From a virus: 64,000 nucleotides of DNA. The stretch lies in IMG/VR virus record IMGVR_UViG_3300012348_000111, positions 32,001 to 96,000 of that record, one strand, 5' to 3'. The notes under the pieces are model-generated. The model did no database searches. It was given only the letters and a program-made list of their open reading frames with translations, and had not been told where the DNA came from. Numbering within the stretch: position 1 is the stretch's first letter; every line of letters starts with the position of its first letter. Both the position numbers and the translations under genes were made by a program. Positions 27,155 through 38,400 of this stretch are shown piece after piece.

Positions 27155-28810
27155 TTAAGATTCGTCAGATTTTCTTTTTCTTCCTGAGAATGTTTCTATT
27201 GTGTTTGTTTGAGCTAAAGATTCTATATTTTTTAAACTAGATATAGGAATTGAAAGTAAATCATTTCCTGTTGCCATTTGAGTATCACCGTCTTTAAAGT
27301 TAACTACAAATGTTCTATTAGCTAATTGACTTGTATATTGATTTAAAGTTTTTTCATAATCTTTAATTTGAACAGAAGTTAAATCAGATTTATTTTGTAA
27401 AGCATCAATTGCTTCTTCAACATCCTCATTTATTATACCTTTATTTAAAAACTTAAAGAATTGAACAACAGCTTGTTTTTGATTTGTTGGAGCAACTCTA
27501 GTTGCTTCTTTACCCGCAATAACATCACCTAATACAAATTTGTCTATATCCATGTTAACTGTAGGATCTGAAAGAACCTGAGGAATTACAATTAGATCTT
27601 GAGTAGAAACATTACCCATGTTCCAAAGGGTTTCTTTTTTCTTTAGTAAGTTTTCAGGTTTAGCTGATTCTAATCTAGCTTTTACTTTTTCTTTTTCAAT
27701 ATCTAAGTTATTTTTCAAAACTTCAAGATTTTGTTTTTGAACTACATCCCAAACTTTATCATCTTTAAGATCTCTAGATACTTTTTGAGTAGTGTAAAGG
27801 TTAGCTAAATTAGTTACAAATTGATTTTGATATGTTTCAAAATAATCATTTGGATTGAATTCTTCAAACTTTTTAGATGAATTTTGTTTAGCTCCTAAAT
27901 AGTATTGAGATAGAACTTGAACGTTTTGTTTAGCGGCATCGATTTCTTTTTGTACAGAAGGTGATTTAACTCTAGCATTAGATGCTTCTAATATCGCAAG
28001 TTGCTCTTTTGCATTAGTAAGACTTTCATCAATAGCAACCATTTTAGTTGTTTGATCTTCTATGTACGACTGATATGCTCTCTGTGGTCCTAAAGCATTA
28101 TAATAATACTCTGTGTCTATTTGAAGTTGTCTAGCTGCTTTTGGATCAGTTGAAAGCATACCTTTGACTTTATTTGCTAACTGTGTTGTATTAAAACCCT
28201 GTTGAGTTATTTTTTCTATGTATCCAGTAGGTGTTCCTTCACCAACAGTATAGAATTCGTTTTGTTCTTCTTTAGATAATGTTTTAACAAAATCAAAAAC
28301 CTTTTCAGAAATATCATAAAACTCATCGTATTCTTTGTCTTGCAAAGATATACCTAATTTATTAGCACTTAAATAATCATTAACATCTTTAGTATAAAAC
28401 CAATCGTTAGTAGCAGATCTTTTAGAAGAATCTAACTCAGATAATGTTTTTTGTCTTTTCTGAATTATTCTACCATTTTTTACAGCATTGATAATGTTTC
28501 TGTCTTTTTCTAAAGGTTTACCTATACCAAGAACCGATTGAACATTTGCTTTTTTTGAAAAATCTAAACCAGCACTATCGTTAACAGCTTTAACCATGCT
28601 AGTCATGGTTTCATCAAAGTACTGTTGTTCAATAGGAGTATAGATTTGATTTCTTAACTCACTGTAAGCATCTATTTGTGACTGTACTTGAGTTACTCCT
28701 TCATCAAACATTTGTTGCTTATATAAAGCAACTTTAATTAAGTCTTCAGCTGGTAGTGGAGATATATAATCTGGGTATTCGAATTTCGTATGATTTGCAG
28801 AAATTGCCAT
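27155..28810 (-). CDS. Ejected cargo protein
   Basis: 551-aa helical protein directly upstream of the vRNAP, the usual crAss-like cargo position. Confidence 0.6.
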   Translation of the reverse strand: MAISANHTKFEYPDYISPLPAEDLIKVALYKQQMFDEGVTQVQSQIDAYSELRNQIYTPIEQQYFDETMTSMVKAVNDSAGLDFSKKANVQSVLGIGKPLEKDRNIINAVKNGRIIQKRQKTLSELDSSKRSATNDWFYTKDVNDYLSANKLGISLQDKEYDEFYDISEKVFDFVKTLSKEEQNEFYTVGEGTPTGYIEKITQQGFNTTQLANKVKGMLSTDPKAARQLQIDTEYYYNALGPQRAYQSYIEDQTTKMVAIDESLTNAKEQLAILEASNARVKSPSVQKEIDAAKQNVQVLSQYYLGAKQNSSKKFEEFNPNDYFETYQNQFVTNLANLYTTQKVSRDLKDDKVWDVVQKQNLEVLKNNLDIEKEKVKARLESAKPENLLKKKETLWNMGNVSTQDLIVIPQVLSDPTVNMDIDKFVLGDVIAGKEATRVAPTNQKQAVVQFFKFLNKGIINEDVEEAIDALQNKSDLTSVQIKDYEKTLNQYTSQLANRTFVVNFKDGDTQMATGNDLLSIPISSLKNIESLAQTNTIETFSGRKRKSDES

Positions 28811-28817
28811 AGGTTGT

Positions 28818-31331
28818 TTATTTAGTTTTTCTTGTTGTTACTTTTTCTTCAGGAATAACATCTGTAGTTTTAGTCGATTTTGCATCAGTTTTTTTATTCT
28901 TTTTCAATAACTGATCTTCTTCTTTAGGAACTATTCCAAAATTAAATACAGGTCTTCCTTCAGGATCTACCGTCATAGAATAAGGCTTGTCTTTTCCTAT
29001 TTCAAAAGCTGACTGAAGATTATCTAAATAAAGAGATTTAAGATTTTCATCTTGATCGTATTTAGCTTTATTTTTAATAATACTAGTTATAGCTGCTTGT
29101 TGTTCTGCAGTAGCAGCATCTCTTGCTTCAGCTATTAAATTATTATATGTACGATCAAACAATTGCGCATTCATCATATCTGCACGTTGTTGTGATTGTG
29201 CATTAAACATGTCTGCTTGCATTCTACCTTGAGCATCAAAGTTTTGTTTAGATTGGAATGCTTTTTCTTTTCCACCAATACCTGCAATATAAGCTGATAG
29301 GGGATCTGCTCCTGCTCTTATTGATGCTTGACCCATATTATCTATGTCTTGTAATTGAGATTGAATATTAAGGGTTTGAGGACGTAAATAAGGACTATCT
29401 ATTTCAGGTATAGCATATGGAAAAGTTTCTTGAGCATTTGCTAATCCCATTATACCAGGTATAGCTTGTTCTAAAGGAAAAGCTTGTCTATAATACTTGC
29501 CTGAGTTTTTACCTTCTGCTTTTTCAAACTTTGGTGTTTGATATGTTTGATTTTCAACTTTAGTTTCTTCTGCTTTATTTTCCGTTGCTTTAGCTGGTTC
29601 AGTAGCTTCAGGTGTTGCTTCAACTGGTGTTTCTTCCTGTTTAGGCATTAGTGTTCTTGTACCTAATTTACCATCAACGTATGCTTTTTTAAGTTTAGCT
29701 AAATTTTCATTAGTAAGAGCACTTGGATCAAACTTACCATCTTTAGTTAATTTAACTAAAGTAGAATCTTTCTTTCCTTCGTTAGTAAGTCCATATTCTA
29801 ACCACATTTGCTTAATAGACTCTGGATTATTTTTTAATGCATAATCATATATTGATGATTGAAAATCACCTTCTGTCATATTTTCAGCATTAGGAATAAT
29901 GTTTTTCCAAGGAGCAATGTATTCTTCTACTTTTTTAGTACGTGCAAAACTAGATTTACCTGTTGGTGTTTTAGCACCTTGAGCTGTTAAAGATTCTAGA
30001 TATAATTTTAATTTAGCTTTATCTTTAGGATCATTAGATTTAGAAAGATCGTTTATAATCTTAGCTGATTGCGGATCTATATTTTGATTATTATTTAATA
30101 CTAATTCTGGTCCAGACATAGGTAATGCTGGAGTTGTATTAGTGTTTCCCATAACATCAGGAACCTGCATTGTAGAAAACAAAGATTGTCCCATTGGAAG
30201 TCCTGGTGTTGTATTTGTAGATCCCATTAAATCAGGAACAGTCATTACACCATTTTGACTATTATTCCAGTCTTGTTCCGTATACCAATTATCACCGTCT
30301 TGAAGTTTAGGAAGACTATATCCTCCATACTCCATATTAGAGATGATTTTATTTTGTACTGCCTTAGGGAGTGCTCTAAATCCAGGATTGTTAATTGATG
30401 CTCCGTATTTAGCCATTGGCTCTCCATTGGAGTTACCGTTCATTAACTGTTGATCCATGAATAGTTTATCAAGAACCTTTTGATTCTTTTGTTTCATGAT
30501 CATTGCGGTATCTTTATCTACTTGTTTAGAAAACTTATTATTTAGTATTTCGTCGTATTTAGTATTGTCATACTTTTTAGCCATTTGGGCAAATGTCTTT
30601 TTTGAACCCATTGGTTTCATATGATTAGAAAATACTTTTGTACCATCAGGGAGAGATGTTTGTATTCCTCCATTACTATGAGATGGTCCATATGCCATTT
30701 CTGTTGACATATCTGGAAGTTGTAAGTATTCTCCACCTTCTATCTCTACATTATTAATAGAGTTTGGTGTATTGTATCTTTTGTTTATTTGTGCTCCCAT
30801 TTGTGCTTTTACTATAGGTTGATATTCTGTACCCCCATCTGTAGTTCTACCATACATGTAGTTGTAGTCGTATTGAGGTTGAGATTGTCTATCTTGTATA
30901 GAACTATAAAGGTCTTGTCTGTTTTGTAATTCTTGGTTTCTATTTAAACCCATACTAGTTAAACCCATACCTAAAGTTAAAAGAGAATATGGATCTACTG
31001 CTCTTTTACTTGTTTCAGTTTCTTCTTCTTCTTTTGGTTGTTCATTTTCAATATCTCTTTCATTATATTGACCTTGTGTAAGTGGTCCTAGATCTAATTG
31101 AGAGTTATTTAGATTAACATCATAAATATTTAAAGGAGATAAGAAAGGAGTATATGTGTTTTCTGCTTGTTTGTTACTAAATACACCAGGAGCAAAAGAA
31201 GCATCTTGTGTAGTAATAGTTCCTTCAGGTTGATCAGTTGTGGTATAATTACCAAAAGGAGCTGGTTTTTTAAACGCTCCATTTTGATATTTTTTTAACT
31301 TATTGTTTTTGTTCTGTTTAGATGATTTCAT
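28818..31331 (-). CDS. Cargo protein (crAss C1-like)
   Basis: 837 aa; VEIEGGE...GPSHSNGGI...VFS motif; several [YMAL]-x-x-G-[GA] repeats; Gln/Ala-rich helical C-terminus. Confidence 0.65.
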   Translation of the reverse strand: MKSSKQNKNNKLKKYQNGAFKKPAPFGNYTTTDQPEGTITTQDASFAPGVFSNKQAENTYTPFLSPLNIYDVNLNNSQLDLGPLTQGQYNERDIENEQPKEEEETETSKRAVDPYSLLTLGMGLTSMGLNRNQELQNRQDLYSSIQDRQSQPQYDYNYMYGRTTDGGTEYQPIVKAQMGAQINKRYNTPNSINNVEIEGGEYLQLPDMSTEMAYGPSHSNGGIQTSLPDGTKVFSNHMKPMGSKKTFAQMAKKYDNTKYDEILNNKFSKQVDKDTAMIMKQKNQKVLDKLFMDQQLMNGNSNGEPMAKYGASINNPGFRALPKAVQNKIISNMEYGGYSLPKLQDGDNWYTEQDWNNSQNGVMTVPDLMGSTNTTPGLPMGQSLFSTMQVPDVMGNTNTTPALPMSGPELVLNNNQNIDPQSAKIINDLSKSNDPKDKAKLKLYLESLTAQGAKTPTGKSSFARTKKVEEYIAPWKNIIPNAENMTEGDFQSSIYDYALKNNPESIKQMWLEYGLTNEGKKDSTLVKLTKDGKFDPSALTNENLAKLKKAYVDGKLGTRTLMPKQEETPVEATPEATEPAKATENKAEETKVENQTYQTPKFEKAEGKNSGKYYRQAFPLEQAIPGIMGLANAQETFPYAIPEIDSPYLRPQTLNIQSQLQDIDNMGQASIRAGADPLSAYIAGIGGKEKAFQSKQNFDAQGRMQADMFNAQSQQRADMMNAQLFDRTYNNLIAEARDAATAEQQAAITSIIKNKAKYDQDENLKSLYLDNLQSAFEIGKDKPYSMTVDPEGRPVFNFGIVPKEEDQLLKKNKKTDAKSTKTTDVIPEEKVTTRKTK

Positions 31332-31350
31332 AACTTTAAAAGTTATAACA

Positions 31351-31371
31351 TAATAAGTTATTAACTTATTA
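31351..31371. promoter_or_regulatory. Perfect inverted repeat (operator candidate) in the cargo-operon leader
   Basis: TAATAAGTTA-T-TAACTTATTA. Confidence 0.45.
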
Positions 31372-31388
31372 GTTTATAGATAGATATA

Positions 31389-31418
31389 CAAATATACAAG
31401 ATTATGTAAAAAAAGCAA
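31389..31418 (-). promoter_or_regulatory. Bacteroidota-type promoter of the cargo/vRNAP operon
   Basis: TTG-N19-TATATTTG. Confidence 0.75.
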
Positions 31419-31423
31419 GATAA

Positions 31424-31567
31424 TTATCTACCTTGCCCTTTGTACGTTTTCTTATAGTTTTTGCTTTGTTTTAGTCCACTGGTTTTAGTTTTAGCATGTA
31501 CACCAGGTCTGTTAACTTTTGGTTTTTCTTTATGTAAAGAAGAGGTTTGGGTTTTTACTTTTGCCAT
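31424..31567 (-). CDS. Small basic protein (47 aa)
   Basis: Not in the ORF track: MAKVKTQTSSLHKEKPKVNRPGVHAKTKTSGLKQSKNYKKTYKGQGR*; fills the gap in operon orientation. Confidence 0.75.
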   Translation of the reverse strand: MAKVKTQTSSLHKEKPKVNRPGVHAKTKTSGLKQSKNYKKTYKGQGR

Positions 31568-31575
31568 TATATTAG

Positions 31576-33600
31576 TTATTTAAATTTTTTTGTTTTTAAG
31601 TAGGATCTCTGTAATCCACCATATTTCTTTTTTTCTAATTGAGATGCTCCTAAAGCTGTAGCTGCTGGTGCTCCCCACAATCTATTAAATAAAGCTGCTA
31701 ATTTTTTAGGATCTTTATCTATAACATTAAGAAATTTTGGATCTACAAATTTTGCATTTTCTGGAATTTCAATTTTTCTTATTATGTCTTTAGCCATTTC
31801 TGGAGTAACCATAGTAGATTGTTCTGGAGTCATTCCTAAAAGGTTTCTTAACTGCATAATTCTAGCATGCATTTCAGTTGGTTTAGCTAGATATTCTAAA
31901 TGAAAGGCTTCGGGTGAATAATCATATGTACCACTAGACATACTTTTCTTTAAATTATCAGAGTATAGATCTTTTATAAAATCGGTTTGTCCAGATTCTC
32001 TTAATAAGTAATTAGAAGTCCAATCATGAGTTCCTTCATGTATAGTAGTAGAGCGTCTTTGTGCTGAAGACCTAGAAGGAATTCTACTAATAAAACTACC
32101 CATTTTAGGATTATTTAATGTTTCTGGCATTAATCTTTCATAAGGATCTTTTCTATGGAGGTAACTTACACCAGTATTACCAGAATGCATATGAGTATCA
32201 CCAGAAAAAAGATCTTTTAATTGTTGTGAAAAAGGATATTCTTTAGAAATAGGTGTAAATGATTTAGCTTGCTGATAACCTAATCCATATTGATCATTTC
32301 TTTGAGAGGCCCAAGCTAAATCATTTTCTATTTTATTTTGAGTTATTGGATCAGCTATCCAATTCTTTAACCAGGTATTTCCTTCTTCAATAGCTTTTCT
32401 ATTTTTACCACCTTTAATTATTTCTCCTTTTAATTCACTACCTATACTTTTAATATTTGCTACTCTATCTGGTATACCAAATATATCTAAAAGATCAGTA
32501 ATTGTACTCTCTGCTTCTCCTAAATTAGAAATACTTGCTGGATTACGTTTATAAATATTCTTTATGGGTTGTTTTAATAATCCTGCTCCAAGTAAATTAG
32601 TTGGATCTAATACCGCATCAACTGCAAATGCTCCGTAAGGATTTTGAATATTCATTGCCTCAGAAGGGGTTTGTACTTTACCAGTAACAGCATAAGTTGC
32701 TGCATACTGAGGGGCATTCATAGATTCAAATGCAAGGTTCATAAATGGATTAGGTTGTTTATACCATTCAGATCCTCCTGTTGCATCACTTATTCTTTTA
32801 GCATAAGATCTTCCAAATTTTCTTAAAGGTCTTTGTATATAGTTATCAAACCATCCTTTATCTTTAGCACGTACATGTACTTGTCCTATTGTTTCTGGGT
32901 TTTGTTCTGTTGATACTTCTCCAGCATCTTGATAAGATTTTAACCAACCACCGCCTTGCATTCTAGGTTTAATCATAGGAGCTAATCTAGTATTGTCTTG
33001 ATAACCTCCAAATTGAGTTTGCTGATAAGGATTTGAATTTAGAATAGTTCTTGCTCTATCTACTGGTTGAGTAAAACTATTACCTATTTTAGATGCTCTA
33101 TTTAAATTGTGTGAGCTAGATGCCAATCCTCTTGCTAGGTTACGAGTTCCTGCATTATTAGCAACTCTTGCTGCAGCCATAAAGCCTTTAGCAGCACCTC
33201 CAGTCAAAATATTTGCAGTATTTAATCCTGCACCTAACCAATCACCTTGATACAAATCATAAGCTAATCCTAATCCTGATGCAGTCATGCCAACTGGTCC
33301 TGGTATCATAGAAGTAACATCTAATGCTACTTCTGCACCATTCTGCATTTTACGTTCATAAACAGAATTATCATTAGGAAAAGAATACTCTCTTCCTGGT
33401 TGCATAATTTGTTTTTGTCCTGATTGCATACCTATGCCCATAATAGGAGAGTCAAAGTAATCTGATTCTCCATTAGGACCTTTCATCGTAATCCTATTAG
33501 AAGGAACTACTACAGGATCGTTTTGATACCACATACCCGTATTACTTACAGGTGTTTTAGTAAATCTTTTTTTAGCTTGATATGTATTTTTTAATCCCAT
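31576..33600 (-). CDS. Virion protein with zincin metalloprotease-like domain
   Basis: 674 aa; TIHEGTH...YLAKPTEMHAR zincin pattern; MQNGA/MQGGG/YQDAG/KYGG motifs. Confidence 0.65.
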   Translation of the reverse strand: MGLKNTYQAKKRFTKTPVSNTGMWYQNDPVVVPSNRITMKGPNGESDYFDSPIMGIGMQSGQKQIMQPGREYSFPNDNSVYERKMQNGAEVALDVTSMIPGPVGMTASGLGLAYDLYQGDWLGAGLNTANILTGGAAKGFMAAARVANNAGTRNLARGLASSSHNLNRASKIGNSFTQPVDRARTILNSNPYQQTQFGGYQDNTRLAPMIKPRMQGGGWLKSYQDAGEVSTEQNPETIGQVHVRAKDKGWFDNYIQRPLRKFGRSYAKRISDATGGSEWYKQPNPFMNLAFESMNAPQYAATYAVTGKVQTPSEAMNIQNPYGAFAVDAVLDPTNLLGAGLLKQPIKNIYKRNPASISNLGEAESTITDLLDIFGIPDRVANIKSIGSELKGEIIKGGKNRKAIEEGNTWLKNWIADPITQNKIENDLAWASQRNDQYGLGYQQAKSFTPISKEYPFSQQLKDLFSGDTHMHSGNTGVSYLHRKDPYERLMPETLNNPKMGSFISRIPSRSSAQRRSTTIHEGTHDWTSNYLLRESGQTDFIKDLYSDNLKKSMSSGTYDYSPEAFHLEYLAKPTEMHARIMQLRNLLGMTPEQSTMVTPEMAKDIIRKIEIPENAKFVDPKFLNVIDKDPKKLAALFNRLWGAPAATALGASQLEKKKYGGLQRSYLKTKKFK

Positions 33601-33610
33601 GTATTATGGA

Positions 33611-34075
33611 TTAGCATTTCCAACGTCTACGTGCTTGTCTAATTCTTGAGTTAGGATCGTTCTGTGTTTTTTGAGAAGAACGTTTTAATTGACCTAATGA
33701 TCTTGCACAATATGACTTTCTACGGTTAGCAGCTTTTGAGCCAGGCTTTACTTTACCTGTTACAGCTGTTTTAAGCTTAGATCCAGGATTAGCACGTCTA
33801 TATGCCATTACTCCCTTTTGAGTCATTCCTGCACCAGATTTAGTGGGTCTATAGTTAGCTCCAGGTCCTTTAGTTGTTTTAGGTATAGTTCCACCTTTAG
33901 CCATGTATGCTTGTTTAAGACGACCACCCATACCCATAGATTTAGATTTAATTTTTTTCTCTTGAGCTAGCATTTCTTTTGTAGGCTTTTTACCAGAACC
34001 TTTATTAGCTCTAATATTATCCCACAAACCGCGTTGAGAGTAAGATCCATCTTTACGTTTAAGCATTTGTTTCAT
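33611..34075 (-). CDS. Highly basic head/internal protein
   Basis: GLWDNIRA, RRKSYCARS, PNSRIRQARRRWKC motifs common in phage basic proteins. Confidence 0.7.
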   Translation of the reverse strand: MKQMLKRKDGSYSQRGLWDNIRANKGSGKKPTKEMLAQEKKIKSKSMGMGGRLKQAYMAKGGTIPKTTKGPGANYRPTKSGAGMTQKGVMAYRRANPGSKLKTAVTGKVKPGSKAANRRKSYCARSLGQLKRSSQKTQNDPNSRIRQARRRWKC

Positions 34076-34078
34076 GAC

Positions 34079-34465
34079 TTATTTTTTTAATTTGGCTTTG
34101 TTCTTTAAGCTAGATCCTTTACCAGCATTTCTTGCTGCAAAAGATTGACCGCTTTTACTCATAGGAGTAGAAGCTACAACTGTACCTTGAACACGAGGAA
34201 CCATCATTCCCATCTGACCTTTATTCATTTTAGAAAGAGTCTTAGCAAGATTAGCTCTCTTTACTGTAGTAGAAGAAAACTTTTCTTTGTTTGCTAATAC
34301 TTTGTCTCTGAATGCAGGTACAGACATTCCTGCTTTTTTAGCCTGTGCAGTAAATGATCCTGGGTTTTTAGAAACTGCTTTTTTTATCCAATTACCTCCA
34401 CTTTTCATTTTTACTTTACCGCCACAAGACATACAAGACTTGTAAGCATTTTTTAATTTATTCAT
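34079..34465 (-). CDS. Highly basic head/internal protein
   Basis: NWIKKAVSKNPGSFT...KRANLAKTL motif; Lys-rich. Confidence 0.7.
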   Translation of the reverse strand: MNKLKNAYKSCMSCGGKVKMKSGGNWIKKAVSKNPGSFTAQAKKAGMSVPAFRDKVLANKEKFSSTTVKRANLAKTLSKMNKGQMGMMVPRVQGTVVASTPMSKSGQSFAARNAGKGSSLKNKAKLKK

Positions 34466-34470
34466 ATCTT

Positions 34471-35055
34471 TTATCTATTTAAAAATTCAATTAATTGTTC
34501 TTTTGTATTGTTTCTAGTACCATATATATTATGGAAACTTCCTTTAATAGATGGATTATGACACTTATTACAAAGAGTTATACCATTATCTACACAATAT
34601 CTTAAATCCTCGTGATTAGAGTAGTTTAATATATGGTGTGCATGTAAATTACTTCCAGTAGAATCTTTACATTTTTTACAAGTATAACAATCTCTAGAAT
34701 ATACAGCATCTCTCCATTCTTTATATTCTTTTGTTCTTTTGTCTATAGAACGAATATCAGATATTCCCCCTTTCCAATTTGGAGATTTATTTCCTATATA
34801 CGTTTTAGCCCACAATGTCTGTCTACAAATATTACTACATGCAATTGCAGTATGTTCTCTATACTTTTTTACTTTAAAAATAACACCACAATTTTTACAA
34901 GAAATATCTACATGTTTATTTTTAGGTTTAGCTTTTCCTTTAGCTGAACATATTTTAGAACAAAATTTACCAGCTCCTTTTCTATGCCATGCTGCTTTAG
35001 TAGTAAATTCTTTACTACATAATTGACAAACACATAAAACATCAGAAGAAGACAT
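34471..35055 (-). CDS. HNH endonuclease with N-terminal Zn-binding repeats
   Basis: CxxC...CS..C repeats; NWKGG; RD.YTCKKC...HAHHI...NGITLCNKCH. Confidence 0.9.
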   Translation of the reverse strand: MSSSDVLCVCQLCSKEFTTKAAWHRKGAGKFCSKICSAKGKAKPKNKHVDISCKNCGVIFKVKKYREHTAIACSNICRQTLWAKTYIGNKSPNWKGGISDIRSIDKRTKEYKEWRDAVYSRDCYTCKKCKDSTGSNLHAHHILNYSNHEDLRYCVDNGITLCNKCHNPSIKGSFHNIYGTRNNTKEQLIEFLNR

Positions 35056-35058
35056 ATT

Positions 35059-35439
35059 TTATGTTAGACTTAATAGATATTGAGTCTTAGAATAAAGAGC
35101 AATAATCTCATCAATAATATTTTGAAGATGTGTATTGTCTTTACCAAAAACTTCTCTGTGTTTCATTAAATATTCTTTAATGTATTTAATGTGAGCTTGA
35201 GCATTCATATATTCAGATGCTGGGATCTTAATATTTAATCTTTTACCTATTGTTCCATAATAGGATTCAATTAAATCGTCAACAAGATCTAATAAAGAAT
35301 CATAAAGACCATTTAATGCTTTGTGTTCAGCATACGATGTTGTTGCTAAATGAGTCAAATGAATGATGTCTCTTGACTGAAAAAGTTGACCTAAAACTAA
35401 TTCAGGTTTAATTGTGGTGAAAAGTTCTTTTTCTTTCAT
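35059..35439 (-). CDS. Dps/ferritin-like protein
   Basis: HLTHL.TTSYAEHKAL..LYD......D.LIE ferroxidase-like pattern; LQNIIDEI...YLLSL. Confidence 0.75.
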   Translation of the reverse strand: MKEKELFTTIKPELVLGQLFQSRDIIHLTHLATTSYAEHKALNGLYDSLLDLVDDLIESYYGTIGKRLNIKIPASEYMNAQAHIKYIKEYLMKHREVFGKDNTHLQNIIDEIIALYSKTQYLLSLT

Positions 35440-35445
35440 GGTATT

Positions 35446-38400
35446 TTAGTTGGTTTGTGTTATTTGTAAATGATTAATAAATCTGTAACGTGAATACTTA
35501 TCTTGAATTAATCTTACTTTACATAAATCAGATTTGATTTTTTGTTTCTGATAAGATACAGAAGAAGGTATTACAGTTTTAGTATTTGGTACTTTATCTA
35601 TTGGGTGTTGTAATTTCTTATCATCCCATTTAGTTGACCATAACGGTTGCCCATTAGATTGATTCACAATGCTCCAAAATCCATTAAACGTATATATGTT
35701 CTCTCTACGTGAGATAATCGTTTCTATGCCGTTTAAAGTGGTTCTAGGGTACATTATCTTTTGGCGAGTATTACCAAACTCTTCAGGAATAAGATTAATT
35801 ATTCCAGATGACTGCTCTCTATTGTAAATAATAGCTTTGGTAAAGTTTGCCAAGTTTTTATTATTTGCTGTTGCAATAGAGTAGTATTCGTAATCAGAAT
35901 AGTATTCTTGAATATCTTGAATTAAACTGATTGAGTTTGTTGTTGCTGTTTTAGGAAAAGAGTTTACATTGTATTCAAGAATGTAAGGATACAACTTATT
36001 GTAGTAAGTTTGATATGTAAGATTATTTAAGTTATGATTCCAAGTAGACGATCCTAATGGTGTGTTTATTATTGTTTGGAAGTTACCTAACAATGAAACA
36101 TAGTAGTTAGGAGTAAATGAATAGAAAGAAATAAAGTTTTTAAGTTTAGGTGAATACCCTATAGTCCAAGAATGATTTTCCCAAATATCTTCATTTGAAA
36201 ATAATGCTTCTGTTTGAGTTCCTGTTATAACAAACTTTTTAGTTTCGTCATTATAAGTAACACTTGTTTTACCAGTTAACTTATAATCGAGTTTAGTTAT
36301 AAATACTCTTTCAAATCTCTCATCCCATCCCATAGAAATACCAATTCCTTTTGCTGGATTATCTATATCCGCATTAGGGAAATCTTTTAGTATTCTAAAT
36401 GGAAGGTTTTGTTTAAACCAGTTAAAGTTTGTATCTGATTTAATTTCACTAAATCCTTGTTTAGAAATTTGATAAATATGTCCTCTTTTAGCATCTACCC
36501 AGAATGTTCCGAATTCAGTTCTTATTTGAGCTTTATGTTGTGAACCTACATAACCAATATCTGATTTAGATATGTCTATAGGTTTTTGTTTAAACATACT
36601 AGCATCTCCTATTTCTAGTTGAACAGGTGATGTAGATTCTATTTGTACTCTTGCACCATATACTTTAGTTGTGTTTTCAAAACGAGCATAAACTAATTCG
36701 TTTTCTCCACCAGTAAGGTTAATAAGTCTTCCTCCTTCTTTAGGGAAATCAAAGAAGTTACCTCTCTTAAATGTTTGCCACCCATCACTAAAATATTTAG
36801 TAGTATTTGCTTTTTCAGAATAAATAACTCTATTCGGATGTACTACTACACATGTTCTATTTGGATTATCTACTGTGTATGGTAAGTTAGGGCTTATATT
36901 TTGAGCAGAGTATGTTGCGTTATAGTGATAGAAGTTATCAAACTTAATTGGTACGTTTACTTCTTTTAACCACTCGTCAGGAATTTCATCACTTACGTTA
37001 GGATAGAAGTTTTCTTCTCTATCGTTTCTACCGTGTCTAAAGTCTACGTTAACATCTGACTCTACAAAGAAAATAGGAATACCATAAGAAGCTGTATAGA
37101 ACTGTCCTTTCTTATAAAGAGAAACTGAGCTATTAGCTGAATCTAAATTTATCTTAGGTTTCTTTATATCGTAAAGTGAAGCTAGTGCTAATTGTATGGC
37201 TCCTATTTGTAATACTTGAGCAGCATTAGTTGCTCCAGCAGGAATAGGAGTCGGTAATATATTATTAGCTGATATTACAGAAGCAGTTGCTACTCCTATA
37301 GCTGTTGCGGCAGCACCAACCAATATACCCAAAGATACCCAATCAATTTCATCTGAAGAAGTTCCTATGAAGTAAGTAGGATAAGCTAAGTTAGGAAATA
37401 ACCAGTAATCAAAAGGCATGTCTTTTGTTTTAGCTGGAAGATTTGCTAAGTTTCTAGTAAAGAAAGAATGCTTGCGTTTAAGAGCAAATTTATTAATATA
37501 AGTATCTCCTCCAAATGCAGGATAATACTTAGGTTTTAATACTGCTTTATCTGCAACAAAATTATCTTCTAAATCTACTATGTAACCAGTTGATACGTAC
37601 CTTATGTTTTCTATTTGGCCGTATTGATTTTCAAATGTTCTTTTAACTGAAGTATAGTAAGCTCTAGTTCTTTTAGAACTATCTACAAGTATTGGATTTT
37701 TCTTTATTGTAGGATCTTGAATTTCAGAAATAGTATATCTAGATGTATCGTAGTTATCATCAACTATAGGGCCAGTATGATGAATAAAAGTATCATTTGT
37801 TTTTAAATATACACTTGATTCTCTTAATCTATTATGTACTGGAATATCGTCTTCAACACTAGATATTTTAGAATCTAAATATTTTCCTATGTCTAGAAAT
37901 CTTCTTTTGTTTCCTGTGTTACCAATAGGAGAATAATTGTTGTATGCAGCTACTGAGTTATATTGCCAAGCAAAGTTTATGTAAGGTACTAACTTTTCTA
38001 TAATATCGTAAAGAAGTTGTGTTTGAGCAACTTGATTTGCAATATTGGTTGTTAGTTCAGAACCTAGTGGTTCGGTTGCTGAAGCTTTTACAGAACCCGT
38101 AAGTATATAAGCAGCTCCCGCACCTAGTACAAAAATTAAAGAATCGGATACTAGATTTAAAAACTTATATTCAGGATGTTCTTCTACTGGTACAAAGTGA
38201 CCTAATACTTGACCATACTCAATTGTTTCAAGTTTAAGTTCAGTTCCTATCTTAGGATATTGAAAAGTAGTGTCTGGTGAATAGAAAGTAAAACGATTTT
38301 GTAATCTAGGAGTTCCTTGATAGTTAAAAGGATTTTGCTGAAAAGAAGTACTTAATGATTCACCCCTATCTCCTTCTTCATACCATTCAGCTTTGTTTGC

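Noticed and set aside
27131-27160. Separate promoter for the vRNAP gene
   Set aside because: Only a degenerate TATATTTA box without a clear -33 TTG
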